Source: an uncultured delta proteobacterium
GTDB lineage: Bacteria > Myxococcota_A > Polyangia > Polyangiales > Polyangiaceae
Length of the DNA stretch: 64,000 nucleotides
Direction of reading: 5' to 3'
NCBI GenBank assembly: GCA_963806225.1
Contig: CAWDXG010000001.1
Span: 384,001-448,000, forward strand
The first letter of the stretch is position 1. Each line of letters begins with the position of its first letter. A program made the translations under genes and the position numbers. Positions 23,047-32,304 of the stretch are shown here, in pieces. The notes beneath the pieces were generated by a model that did not search any database, had not been told where the DNA came from, and worked only from the letters and a program-made list of their open reading frames with translations.

Positions 23047-24855
23047 ATGCAGCGCTACAAGCCCATCGAAAGCTACGGCCTGATAGGGGATCTCCACACC
23101 GTGGCGCTGATCGGCCCCGACGGATCGATGGATTTCCTGTGTTTTCCCCGCTTCGACTCGCCCTCGATCTTCGGAGCGCTGCTCGACCACGACAACGGCG
23201 GGCGCTTCCAGATCGCGCCCGTTCTGAACGACGCGCAGCACAGGCAGCTCTATCTGCCCGACACCAACATGCTGCTCACGCGCTTCCTCTCGGAAGAGGG
23301 CGTCGCCGAGCTCAGCGATTTCATGCCGGTCGAGGAAGTCGGCTATGTCCACAACCTCGTGCGCAGAGCGAAGACAGTGCGCGGGGAAATCAAGTACCGG
23401 ATGATCTGTGACCCGCGCTTCGACTACGGGCGGTCGGAAAAGCGCGTGGAGCAGCGCGCCGGCGAGGTGATCTTCGAGAGCCTGGGCCCGGACCGCATGG
23501 CAATCCGCCTGCGCACGCCCGTCCCCATCCGCATCGAGAACGGTGCAGCCCACGCCGAGTTCACGCTGCGTGCGGGACAGAAGGCGCCGTTTGTCCTCGA
23601 GCTGGCGACGCCGGGCGAGCCGTCTCCCTCCACGGCCGAGGACTTCGTGCCGACGGCCTTCAAGGACACCGCGGACTTCTGGCGTCGCTGGATCGCTCGT
23701 TCACGCTACCAGGGCCGCTGGCGGGAGATGGTCAACCGCTCGGCGCTGGTGCTCAAGCTGATGACCTCGCAGGCCTACGGCTCGATCGTGGCGGCGCCGA
23801 CGTTCTCGCTGCCCGAGGAGATCGGCGGCGAGCGCAACTGGGACTACCGCTACACGTGGATCCGCGACGCCTCGTTCACGCTGTATGCTTTCCTGCGGCT
23901 CGGCTTCACCGAAGAAGCGCGCGCATTCATGGACTGGCTGGAGGCGCGCTGCGCGGAGCTCAGCGACGGCGGGGCGCTGCAGATCATGTACGGCATCGAC
24001 GGCCGGCACAAGCTCGAGGAGCTGACGCTGCCGCATTTCGAGGGCTACCGGAAGTCGTCGCCCGTGCGCATCGGCAACGGTGCGGCAGGTCAGCTCCAGC
24101 TGGACATCTACGGCGAGCTGCTCGACTCGATCTACCTGTACGACAAGTTCGGCGAGCCGATCCACTACGACCTGTGGAGCGACGTGACGCGGCTCGTCGA
24201 CTGGGTGTGCGAGAACTGGCAGATGGCGGACGAGGGGATCTGGGAGGTTCGCGGCGGCCGGCAGGAATTCCTGTATTCGCGGCTGATGTGCTGGGTGGCG
24301 GTCGACCGGGCGGTGCGGCTCGCGGACAAGCGCTCTCTGCCCGCCCCGGCGGAGCGCTGGCGCCGCACACGCGACAGAATCCATCGCGAGATCCACGAGC
24401 GCTTCTACGACAAGAAGCGCGGCACGTTCGTGCAGCACGCGGGCTCGACGACCGTCGACGCGGCGAGCCTGTTGATGCCGCTGGTCCGTTTCATCAGCCC
24501 CACCGATCGGCGCTGGATGAACACCATGAAGGCTATCAAGCAGGATCTGGTGGAGGACTCGCTGGTGTTCCGCTACCGCACGGGGAAGAGCGCGGACGAC
24601 GGCCTCAGCGGCGACGAGGGCACGTTCAGCATGTGCTCGTTCTGGTACGTCGAGAACCTGTCGCGCTGCGGACAACTGGACAAGGCGCGCTTCTACTTCG
24701 AGAAGATGCTCGGCTACGCCAACCACCTCGGCCTGTACGCCGAGGAGCTCGGCCCGCGCGGTGAGCACCTCGGCAACTACCCCCAGGCTTTCACGCATCT
24801 GGCGCTGATCAGCGCGGCGTACGACCTCGACCGCCGCCTCTCGAACCGCCGCTAG
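23047..24855 (+). CDS. Glycoside hydrolase family 15 (trehalase/glucoamylase-like)
   Basis: RNWDYRYTWIRD, QLDIYGE, DEGIWEVRG, LGNYPQAFTHLALI; SD GAGGAG. Confidence 0.92.
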   Translation: MQRYKPIESYGLIGDLHTVALIGPDGSMDFLCFPRFDSPSIFGALLDHDNGGRFQIAPVLNDAQHRQLYLPDTNMLLTRFLSEEGVAELSDFMPVEEVGYVHNLVRRAKTVRGEIKYRMICDPRFDYGRSEKRVEQRAGEVIFESLGPDRMAIRLRTPVPIRIENGAAHAEFTLRAGQKAPFVLELATPGEPSPSTAEDFVPTAFKDTADFWRRWIARSRYQGRWREMVNRSALVLKLMTSQAYGSIVAAPTFSLPEEIGGERNWDYRYTWIRDASFTLYAFLRLGFTEEARAFMDWLEARCAELSDGGALQIMYGIDGRHKLEELTLPHFEGYRKSSPVRIGNGAAGQLQLDIYGELLDSIYLYDKFGEPIHYDLWSDVTRLVDWVCENWQMADEGIWEVRGGRQEFLYSRLMCWVAVDRAVRLADKRSLPAPAERWRRTRDRIHREIHERFYDKKRGTFVQHAGSTTVDAASLLMPLVRFISPTDRRWMNTMKAIKQDLVEDSLVFRYRTGKSADDGLSGDEGTFSMCSFWYVENLSRCGQLDKARFYFEKMLGYANHLGLYAEELGPRGEHLGNYPQAFTHLALISAAYDLDRRLSNRR

Positions 24856-24897
24856 AGCGCGGACCTATGACGGCGCTCGGCGGCGCTGGGAGTTTGA

Positions 24898-24976
24898 ACA
24901 GGAAGGCGGGAAGGCGGGAAGGAGCTCTTCGCGGAGCCGGAAACGGAGAAAACTTCCCGCCTTCCGGCCTTCCTGT
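24898..24976. repeat. REP-like inverted repeat, 24-bp arms built of GGAAGGCG-type units
   Basis: ACAGGAAGGCGGGAAGGCGGGAAG (24898-24921) and CTTCCCGCCTTCCGGCCTTCCTGT (24953-24976), one mismatch, 31-nt spacer. Confidence 0.75.
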
Positions 24977-25023
24977 CGACCCCCGCACAGCTCCGCATGG
25001 CGCCGTGCCTGCTCGGGAATGAG

Positions 25024-25059
25024 AAACGGGCGACGCACCATGTGGCGCGCCGCCCGTTT
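25024..25059 (-). terminator. Probable intrinsic terminator of hppA
   Basis: Hairpin whose two mismatches become G-U pairs only on the minus strand, ending in TTTCTC, 20 nt after the hppA stop. Confidence 0.6.
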
Positions 25060-25079
25060 GTGTCCGCCGAGGCGGGGTT

Positions 25080-27560
25080 CTACTCCGCAGGCGTTTCTGC
25101 CGGCGTCATCTGGTTGTCGGCGCCCTCCGTCTGGATGCGCATGGCGTAGAAGGAGCGCCACACGAAAACCAGCATGATCAGGAAGAACACCACAGCCAGC
25201 ACGTTGGTCGTGCCGTGCGAGAGGCCCACGGCCATCTCGACCGCCAATAGACCGAACAGTGTGGTGAACTTGATGATCGGGTTCATGGCCACGCTGGACG
25301 TGTCCTTGAATGGGTCGCCCACCGTGTCGCCTACGACCGTCGCGTCGTGCAGCTCGGTGCCCTTCTCTTTCAAGTCCACCTCGACCACCTTCTTGGCGTT
25401 GTCCCAGGCGCCGCCCGCGTTCGCGAGGAACAGAGCCTGGTAAAGACCGAAGAGCGCGATGCTGATGAGGTAGCCGATGAAGAAGAAGGGCTCCGCGCAG
25501 GCGAACGCCAGCGTGCCGAAGAAGATCACGAGGAAGATGTTGATCATGCCCTTTTGCGCGTAGGTCGTGCAGATTTCCACGACCTTCTTGCTGTCGGTGA
25601 TCGACGCCTTCTCGACGCCCTCGAGCTTGATGTTGGCCTTGATGAACTCCACCGCGCGGTAGGCGCCGGTGGTCACCGCCTGGGTCGACGCGCCAGTGAA
25701 CCAGAAGATGACCGCGCCGCCTGCAATGAGGCCGAGCAGGAACGGCGGGTGGAGCATCGACAGCTTGTCGAGGTTCTCCTTCAGCCCGTCGGTCAGCATC
25801 ACGATGATCGAGAAGATCATGGTCGTGGCGCCGACCACAGCGGTTCCGATGAGCACCGGCTTGGCGGTGGCCTTGAAGGTGTTGCCGGCGCCGTCGTTCT
25901 CCTCGAGCAGGTGCTTGGCGCGCTCGAAGTCGACGTTGAGGCCGAAGTCCTTCTTCAGCTCCTTCTCGATGCCGTCGATGCCCTCGATGACGCTGAGCTC
26001 GTACACCGACTGCGCGTTGTCCGTGACCGGGCCGTAGGAGTCGACGGCGATGGTAACGGCGCCCATGCCCAGGAAGCCGAACGCCACCAGGCCGAAGGCG
26101 AACACTGGCTCGGCCTGCATGATCTCGTGCAGGCCCATGGTGCTTACGTAGTAGCCGGCAGCCATGAGGCCGAGCATCACCATGCCCAGCCAGAAGGCGG
26201 CGAAGTTGCCTGCGGTCAGACCGGACAGGACGTTGAGCGACGCGCCGCCTTCGCGGGACGCCGTGACAACCTCGTCCACGTGAGCGGAGTTCGTCGAGGT
26301 GAAGACCTTGACCAGCTCGGGGATCACCGCGCCGGCCAGCGTGCCGCAGCTGATGATGATCGACAGCTTCCACCACAGCGTGCCGTCACCCAGCTTCGGG
26401 ATGAGCACGTAGGAAACCACGAAGGTCAGGGCGATGGACACGATCGAGGTCAGCCAGACCAACCAGGTCAGCGGCTTCTCGAAGTCCATCTTGTCGGCCT
26501 TGCCGTACATCGACTTCTGCACGAGCTCGTTGAGCACGTAGGAAAGCCCGCTGGCGACCAGCATCATGATGCGCATCGCGAAGATCCACACCAGAAGCTG
26601 CACCTGGATGAGCTCCGACGGAACGGCCAGGACGATGAACGTGATGAGCGCGACACCCGTCACGCCGTAGGTCTCGAACCCGTCTGCGCTGGGCCCGACC
26701 GAGTCGCCGGCGTTGTCGCCGGTGCAGTCCGCGATCACGCCGGGGTTACGCGCGTCGTCTTCCTTGATCTTGAAGACGATCTTCATCAGGTCCGAACCGA
26801 TGTCGGCGATCTTCGTGAAGATGCCGCCGGCGATACGCAGCGCCGAGGCGCCCAGCGACTCGCCGATCGCGAAGCCGATGAAGCAGGCGCCCGAGTAGTC
26901 CTTGGGCACGAACAGCAGGATGGTCAGCATCAGGATCAGCTCGACGCTGATCAGCAGCATGCCGATGCTCATGCCGGCCTGGAGCGGGATCTCGTAGACC
27001 GCGAACGGCTTGCCCTCGAGGCTCGCGAACGCCGTGCGGCTGTTCGCGTAGGTGTTCATGCGGATGCCGTACCAGGCGACACCGTAGCTACCGAGGATGC
27101 CGATGATGCTGAAGCCCAGGATGATCAGCACCTTCATCGTCGAGAAGTGCTCCAGCGCGCCGAAGTAGATGACGATGATGGCGCCGATGAAGACCTCGAG
27201 CAGGACGAGGAACTTGCCCTGCTGGATCAGGTACGTCTTGCACGTCTCCCAGATGATTGTGGAAACGTCCCGCATGCTCTTGTGCACCGGAAGGTTCTTC
27301 ACCTTCAGCAGCATGACGATGGCGAAGACCAGGCCGAGCACGACCACGCCCATGCCGGCGAAGAGCAGCGTGTGCCCGTCCATCCCGAGCATCTGCACCT
27401 TGTGCATGTCGGGCAGCATGAGGTTGGCTTCGCCGGTGGCTTCGTGCGCGGGCTGGGCCCAGGCCAGTGCGCTCGTCAGCAGCGTGGCGACGAAAGCCAC
27501 CAGACCTATCAGGCCGGAGGCGGGGCGACGCGTTGCGTCGCGGGTTGATGACACTGTCAT
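25080..27560 (-). CDS. hppA: Membrane-integral cation-translocating pyrophosphatase, K+-independent type
   Basis: GGIFTKIADIGSDL, EDDARNPGVIADCTGDNAGD, GNTFKA, GGAWDNAKK, GDTVGDPFKDT. Confidence 0.93.
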   Translation of the reverse strand: MTVSSTRDATRRPASGLIGLVAFVATLLTSALAWAQPAHEATGEANLMLPDMHKVQMLGMDGHTLLFAGMGVVVLGLVFAIVMLLKVKNLPVHKSMRDVSTIIWETCKTYLIQQGKFLVLLEVFIGAIIVIYFGALEHFSTMKVLIILGFSIIGILGSYGVAWYGIRMNTYANSRTAFASLEGKPFAVYEIPLQAGMSIGMLLISVELILMLTILLFVPKDYSGACFIGFAIGESLGASALRIAGGIFTKIADIGSDLMKIVFKIKEDDARNPGVIADCTGDNAGDSVGPSADGFETYGVTGVALITFIVLAVPSELIQVQLLVWIFAMRIMMLVASGLSYVLNELVQKSMYGKADKMDFEKPLTWLVWLTSIVSIALTFVVSYVLIPKLGDGTLWWKLSIIISCGTLAGAVIPELVKVFTSTNSAHVDEVVTASREGGASLNVLSGLTAGNFAAFWLGMVMLGLMAAGYYVSTMGLHEIMQAEPVFAFGLVAFGFLGMGAVTIAVDSYGPVTDNAQSVYELSVIEGIDGIEKELKKDFGLNVDFERAKHLLEENDGAGNTFKATAKPVLIGTAVVGATTMIFSIIVMLTDGLKENLDKLSMLHPPFLLGLIAGGAVIFWFTGASTQAVTTGAYRAVEFIKANIKLEGVEKASITDSKKVVEICTTYAQKGMINIFLVIFFGTLAFACAEPFFFIGYLISIALFGLYQALFLANAGGAWDNAKKVVEVDLKEKGTELHDATVVGDTVGDPFKDTSSVAMNPIIKFTTLFGLLAVEMAVGLSHGTTNVLAVVFFLIMLVFVWRSFYAMRIQTEGADNQMTPAETPAE

Positions 27561-27802
27561 TGGAGACCTCGACTCGTTGTCGGCGCGGCTCGCGCTGTGC
27601 GACGAAGCCGCGCTGCTTCGAGGGGTTGGCCGCCACCCCGAGTGGCGCTTCAGCTCTCCTCGTCTTCCTCCCGCGCGGGGGGGAAGCGACCGGCGGAATA
27701 GCAGAAACCGGCCTCATTTCCAACGCCAGCTCCGCGACCGCCGGAGACCCGCGGGATCGCAGGGAAAACCCAGCAAGTCCGCGCCCCTGCGCGGACAGCG
27801 GA

Positions 27803-28864
27803 CTAGGGGAAAGCCGCCACCTGGGGCAGCCCCAGGGCGTCCGGCCAGCCGAGCGCAACATTCAGCGCCTGGATGGCCTGCGCGGACGCACCGCGCGCGA
27901 GATTGTCGATGGCGCCCATCGCCAGCAGGGTGCCGGTGCGCTCGTCCAGCGCGTAGGCGATGTGGGCGCGCGCCGTGCCGCGTACCCAGAGCGTGTCGGG
28001 CAGGCGCCCCTCGTCGAGCACCGTGACCAGCCCGCCGGCGTACTGCGCGCGCGCCGCCTCGCGGCACTGGGCCGCCGTGACGCCCGGCTTCGGTGTGGCG
28101 TACGCGGTGCTCAGGATGCCGCGGGTCATCGGCACCAGGTGCGGCGTGAACACGACGCGGACCTCCTTGCGCGCCACCAGACCGAGCTCCTGCTCGATCT
28201 CGGGCGCGTGGCGGTGGTGGCCCGCGATCTTGTACGGGCGCAGGCCCTCGGCTGTCTCCGGATAGTGCGTACCCGGCGAAGGAGTGCGTCCGGCGCCGCT
28301 CACGCCGCTCTTGGCGTCGATGATGAGGCCGCGCGACTCGACCAGCCCGCGCGATAGCAGTGGCGCCAGTGGCAGGATGCTCGCCGTTGGATAGCAGCCC
28401 GGCGCCGCGATCAGGCGCGCGCCCTTCAACTCTGCTCGGTGCAGCTCGGGCAGTCCGTACACGGCCTGTTCGAGCAGCTCCGGCGCCGGATGCTCGCCGT
28501 ACCACTCGCCGTAGGTGGCCGCACTGTGAAGGCGGAAATCCGCCGACAGATCGACGACGCCCACGCCTGCGTCGAAGAGCGCCTTGCCCACCCGCGCGCT
28601 CGCCGCATGCGGCAATGCCGTGAACGCCACGTCGATGCGCTTCGCGATGTCCGCCGCGTCGGCGGGGTCGAAGGCTTCCAGCACGCGCTCGCCCAGCCCG
28701 GCGATGCCTTGCGTCCCGGGCAGAACGTCCGCGAGTCGCTTCCCCGCCTTCTCGCGAGCCGCGACCCACTCGATGGAGAGGCGCGGATGCGCGTGGCAGA
28801 GGCGCACCAGCTCGGCCCCGGTGTAGCCGCCGGCGCCTACGATTCCGACACGGAGTGCGTCCAT
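27803..28864 (-). CDS. argC: N-acetyl-gamma-glutamyl-phosphate reductase
   Basis: GAGGYTGAEL, DLSADFRL, YGLPEL, PGCYPT, KSGVSGAGR, IDNLARGA. Confidence 0.95.
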   Translation of the reverse strand: MDALRVGIVGAGGYTGAELVRLCHAHPRLSIEWVAAREKAGKRLADVLPGTQGIAGLGERVLEAFDPADAADIAKRIDVAFTALPHAASARVGKALFDAGVGVVDLSADFRLHSAATYGEWYGEHPAPELLEQAVYGLPELHRAELKGARLIAAPGCYPTASILPLAPLLSRGLVESRGLIIDAKSGVSGAGRTPSPGTHYPETAEGLRPYKIAGHHRHAPEIEQELGLVARKEVRVVFTPHLVPMTRGILSTAYATPKPGVTAAQCREAARAQYAGGLVTVLDEGRLPDTLWVRGTARAHIAYALDERTGTLLAMGAIDNLARGASAQAIQALNVALGWPDALGLPQVAAFP

Positions 28865-28975
28865 GGAGCGGGGAGTAGCACGGTGCGCGCGAGCGGGCAG
28901 CTGGCTGATGCGAAGGCGGCCGTGCCGCGGCTCTGCGTCGCGCCGCGGCGCGGAGGGCCGTGTTATCCTGTGCAG

Positions 28976-29743
28976 ATGGCACTTCGCCTTGGGGGCATGC
29001 GGGTTCTCGTCGCGGCGCTCGTTCTGTTGACGGGCGCGTGCAGCAGCGGCAACTCGCGGGGGAGTGGCACGGGCGGCGCTGGTGGCTCCGGCACGGGCGG
29101 CTCCGGCACGGGCGGCTCCGGCACGGGCGGCTCCGGCACGGGCTGCTCCGGCACGGGCGGCGCGGACCCGCTCGAGACGGGCCTGGTCGCGCAGCAGACG
29201 AGCGTCAGCGTCGACAAGTTCGACTGCGAGATCCTGAAGTGGACCGCGCACTATGGCGAGCCCGACCCGATGATCTTCAAGGCCATCATCTACGTCGAGT
29301 CGCGCTTCGAACAGACGGCGGTGGCTTGCCCGAATCTCCCCTGCGGAACCCCGAGCGGTTGGACGCCGGCCGAGTCCGGCTGCTTCGGCCTGATGCAGGT
29401 CGTGCCCGCATGCGGTCCCACGCCCGACAACGCCGGCCTGCTCTCGAACGGCCACCCGAACCTGACCAAGGACACCACCGCCAGCGGCTGGGCAGGCTCG
29501 ATTTTCAACCCCGACAACAACATCCACGTCGGGATCGCCGGCCTCGCCGGCAATCGCGCCCAGGAGAAGAAGAAGTTCTCCGGTTGCACCGAGGACCAGT
29601 ACACCCTGATGGCGATGGGCGACTACAACAGCTACGGCAGCACGAAGAGCTGCACCCAGTACAACAGCACGTACGACAACCTCGTGCTCGACGCCTACAA
29701 CAAGTACTCGACGGCCGCGGGGTACGCGGCGCACAAGTACTGA
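28976..29743 (+). CDS. Lipoprotein with lytic transglycosylase (SLT/GH23-like) domain
   Basis: Lipobox TGAC, GSGTG linker, KAIIYVESRF (catalytic Glu), GLMQV, FNPDNNI, DYN; alternative start 28997. Confidence 0.75.
   Translation: MALRLGGMRVLVAALVLLTGACSSGNSRGSGTGGAGGSGTGGSGTGGSGTGGSGTGCSGTGGADPLETGLVAQQTSVSVDKFDCEILKWTAHYGEPDPMIFKAIIYVESRFEQTAVACPNLPCGTPSGWTPAESGCFGLMQVVPACGPTPDNAGLLSNGHPNLTKDTTASGWAGSIFNPDNNIHVGIAGLAGNRAQEKKKFSGCTEDQYTLMAMGDYNSYGSTKSCTQYNSTYDNLVLDAYNKYSTAAGYAAHKY
29084..29158 (+). repeat. 15-bp coding tandem repeat (GGCTCCGGCACGGGC x5) encoding a GSGTG linker
   Basis: Directly visible; one copy starts TGC. Confidence 0.8.
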
Positions 29744-29830
29744 GCGGGGCGGTTTTGCGCGCGGCGTCGCAGCTCGGCGCGCTGGGCGGAAATGGAGCGG
29801 CGGGATCGCCGCTCGGGGCGGCGCGAGTTG

Positions 29831-30619
29831 TCACGTCGCCCGGAGATCGAGCAGCCCATGCCGCCGCCATCCACGCCTGAGCACGTAGCTCCGCGCCTCG
29901 GCGACCTCGCATCTCGCGTGCGGGCCAGCGCGCGGATCGCGCGGACCGAGCGGCGCCGCGCGCGGATCGGCAAACGCGACGTACGCCATCGGCACACCGT
30001 GCGCCCCCCGCCAACCGTCGAACCACACGGCGGACGAATACGGATCGACCCAGCCCGTCAGGAAACGACGCCCCTGCCGCACCGCGTGCCGCTGCGCATT
30101 GCCGAGCACGTACGAGAGGACGCGCTTCACCTCGAGCGGCGTCTTCAAGACACGCGAGTGGAAGCGGTCCGCGAGCACCTTTCCGCGCCGCCCCATCACG
30201 CGGTTCAAGCGCCGTGCAATGCGCACGGACAGCCCCTGCACGCCGCGCGAGAGCGCTTTCCGGTTTGGCGCTTCGGCCACGATGTGCAGGTGGTTGCCCT
30301 GCACGGAGTAGTGGACGAGCCGGAACCCGAACCGCGCCTTGCCACCCACGAAGGCGTGATACAGGGCGCGAAACATGCGGCCCGAACGCAGGTTCCACAC
30401 TTCCGGCCGTAGCCGCAACGTGACGTGAACCGGGCGGCGCGGATTCGGAGTTTCGCGCCGTAGATGCGAAACTCCGGCGCGCTTGTTTGCCGGCCTACGG
30501 CCGGCGCCCCGCCGAGCGCCGCCCCAGGTGCGGAACTGGAACGCTGTCTGACGCGGCTCGAGCGACTTCGCCGCGTGGCGGCGCTGGCGGCGTGTGGCGG
30601 GAGCGCTGGGAGGAGTCAT
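29831..30619 (-). mobile_element. REP-associated tyrosine transposase (RAYT, Y1 HUH family)
   Basis: WGGARRGAGR, PVHVTLR, HUH motif NHLHIVAE, ADRFHSR, Tyr in LSYVLGN; no tnpB. Confidence 0.85.
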
Positions 30620-30769
30620 GGTCGGCTCGGGGCGGCAAAGGGCGGATTTGCGCCGGGGTCCGGCAAAGGGCGGAGGGCGGAGCTTGAATTAGCACTGTTT
30701 AGACAAAGGGCAAGCCAACGCGATGGACTTTCTGCTGCCGCGCGTTTGCCCGCCGCCGCGCCGGTCGCC

Positions 30770-31175
30770 GCGCGTTGCCGCCAGCTGCGCGGAGCTCGTC
30801 CACGGTGTGGCGGAGCTTCGGCGCGCTGGGCGGAAATGGGGCGCGCTATCGCCGCTCGGTGCGGCGCGGCGCGCGTTGCCGCCCGCTGCGCGGAGCTCGT
30901 CCACGGTGTGGGCGCGCTTCGGCGCGCGTTGCCGCCCGCTGCGCGGAGCTCGTCCACGGTGTGGGCGCGCTTCGGCGCGCGTTGCCGCCCGCTGCGCGGA
31001 GCTCGTCCACGGTGTGGGCGCGCTTCGGCGCGCGTTGCCGCCCGCTGCGCGGAGCTCGTCCACGGTGTGGGCGCGCTTCGGCGCGCGTTGCCGCCCGCTG
31101 CGCGGAGCTCGTCCACGGTGTGGCGGAGCTTCGGCGCGCTGGGCGGAAATGGGGCGCGCTATCGCCGCTCGGAGC
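30770..31175. repeat. Tandem array of a 53-bp GC-rich unit (4 identical copies 30871-31082) bracketed by two longer, roughly 100-bp variant units
   Basis: Unit GCGCGTTGCCGCCCGCTGCGCGGAGCTCGTCCACGGTGTGGGCGCGCTTCGGC at 30871, 30924, 30977, 31030; variants start at 30770 and 31083. Confidence 0.9.
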
Positions 31176-31210
31176 GGCGCGGGGCGCGGGGCGCGCTGTC
31201 GCGGCGCGGC

Positions 31211-31603
31211 TTAGCGCTTCGAGAACTGGAAGTGCTTGCGGGCGCCGGGCTGGCCGTACTTCTTGCGCTCTTTCTTGCGATCGTCGCGCGTGAGGAAGCC
31301 GGCGCGCTTGAGGGCGCGGCGCCGCTCGGAGTCTTCGGTGGTGAGGGCGCGGGCGATGCCGTGGCGCATGGCTTCGGCCTGTGCGCTGTGTCCGCCGCCC
31401 GCTACCGTCGCTTTCACGTCGTACTTGTCGACCAGCTCGAGCAGCTCCAGCGACTGGCGCATCACCATGCGCGAGGTCTCGCGCTCGAAGTAGTCGTCGG
31501 CGTTGGTGCCGTTGATGACGATCTGGCCGCTGCCGGGCGTGATCCAGACACGGGCGACGGCGGTCTTGCGCTTTCCGGTGGCGTAAGTTGCGGTTTCGGA
31601 CAT
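31211..31603 (-). CDS. rpsI: 30S ribosomal protein S9
   Basis: [41 protein letters not shown]. Confidence 0.98.
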   Translation of the reverse strand: MSETATYATGKRKTAVARVWITPGSGQIVINGTNADDYFERETSRMVMRQSLELLELVDKYDVKATVAGGGHSAQAEAMRHGIARALTTEDSERRRALKRAGFLTRDDRKKERKKYGQPGARKHFQFSKR

Positions 31604-31625
31604 CGCTTGCTTTCGTTCCTACCGC

Positions 31626-32060
31626 TCAGAGCGGCATGACCTCGGGCTTCTGTGCCTCGTGGGGATGAACGGCTTCGCCGTACACCTTCAACTTGTCGAG
31701 CAGATGGCGCCCGAGCACGTTCTTCGGCAGCATGCCCTTGACGGCCTGCTGGATCGGCACCTCGGGTCGGCGTGCGACCAGATGACGGAAGGTCTCTTCC
31801 TTGATGCCACCCGGGTAGCCGCTGTGACGGTAGTACTTCTTCGCGTCGCTCTTGGCGCCGGTGAGCTTCACCTTGCTCGCGTTGATCACGATGACGAAGT
31901 CACCGGTGTCGACGTGCGGCGTGAAGGTGGGCTTGTGCTTTCCGCGCAGCACCGTCGCAATCTTGCTGGCCAGCCGTCCGAGCGACTGGTCTTTTGCGTC
32001 GATGACCCACCACTTGCGGGCTGACAGGGCTTCGGCGGGCTTCGCCACGTAGGTTCGCAT
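31626..32060 (-). CDS. rplM: 50S ribosomal protein L13
   Basis: [50 protein letters not shown]. Confidence 0.98.
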   Translation of the reverse strand: MRTYVAKPAEALSARKWWVIDAKDQSLGRLASKIATVLRGKHKPTFTPHVDTGDFVIVINASKVKLTGAKSDAKKYYRHSGYPGGIKEETFRHLVARRPEVPIQQAVKGMLPKNVLGRHLLDKLKVYGEAVHPHEAQKPEVMPL

Positions 32061-32106
32061 CACTGACCTCTGGAGCAGGCTGCAGGCCTGCCGGTGAAGG
32101 GCGGCT

Positions 32107-32135
32107 TTACTAGCTTTTGGGCCTCGCCACGTCAA
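32107..32135 (-). promoter_or_regulatory. Sigma70-type promoter of rplM-rpsI
   Basis: TTGACG-17 nt-TAGTAA on the minus strand, 46 nt upstream of the rplM ATG. Confidence 0.65.
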
Positions 32136-32304
32136 GCAGGGTCGGCAGCCCCGGCCTTCTGGCCGGCTTCCGGGCTCCGCCGCTCCGCCGCGGGCGGCCG
32201 GAGACGCGGCCAGAAAATCAACGATTACAGACGCTTTTCCGGGCAAGAGCAGGTGTACGCTGGACAGCGACACCTGCCGCCACGCCATACTGACGAGACC
32301 GCGC

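Noticed and set aside
25347..27548. Long antisense ORFs opposite hppA and similarly opposite other genes
   Set aside because: Shadow frames caused by high GC3; no recognisable motifs
29831..30619. IS200/IS605 element with TnpB/omegaRNA
   Set aside because: No tnpB or iscB ORF adjacent; protein length and flanking repeats fit RAYT better
30770..31175. CRISPR array
   Set aside because: Units are head-to-tail identical with no unique spacers, and there are no cas genes in the window
30464..31639. Long ORFs across the tandem array
   Set aside because: Products merely translate the repeat or run antisense to rpsI; stop-poor GC-rich DNA explains them
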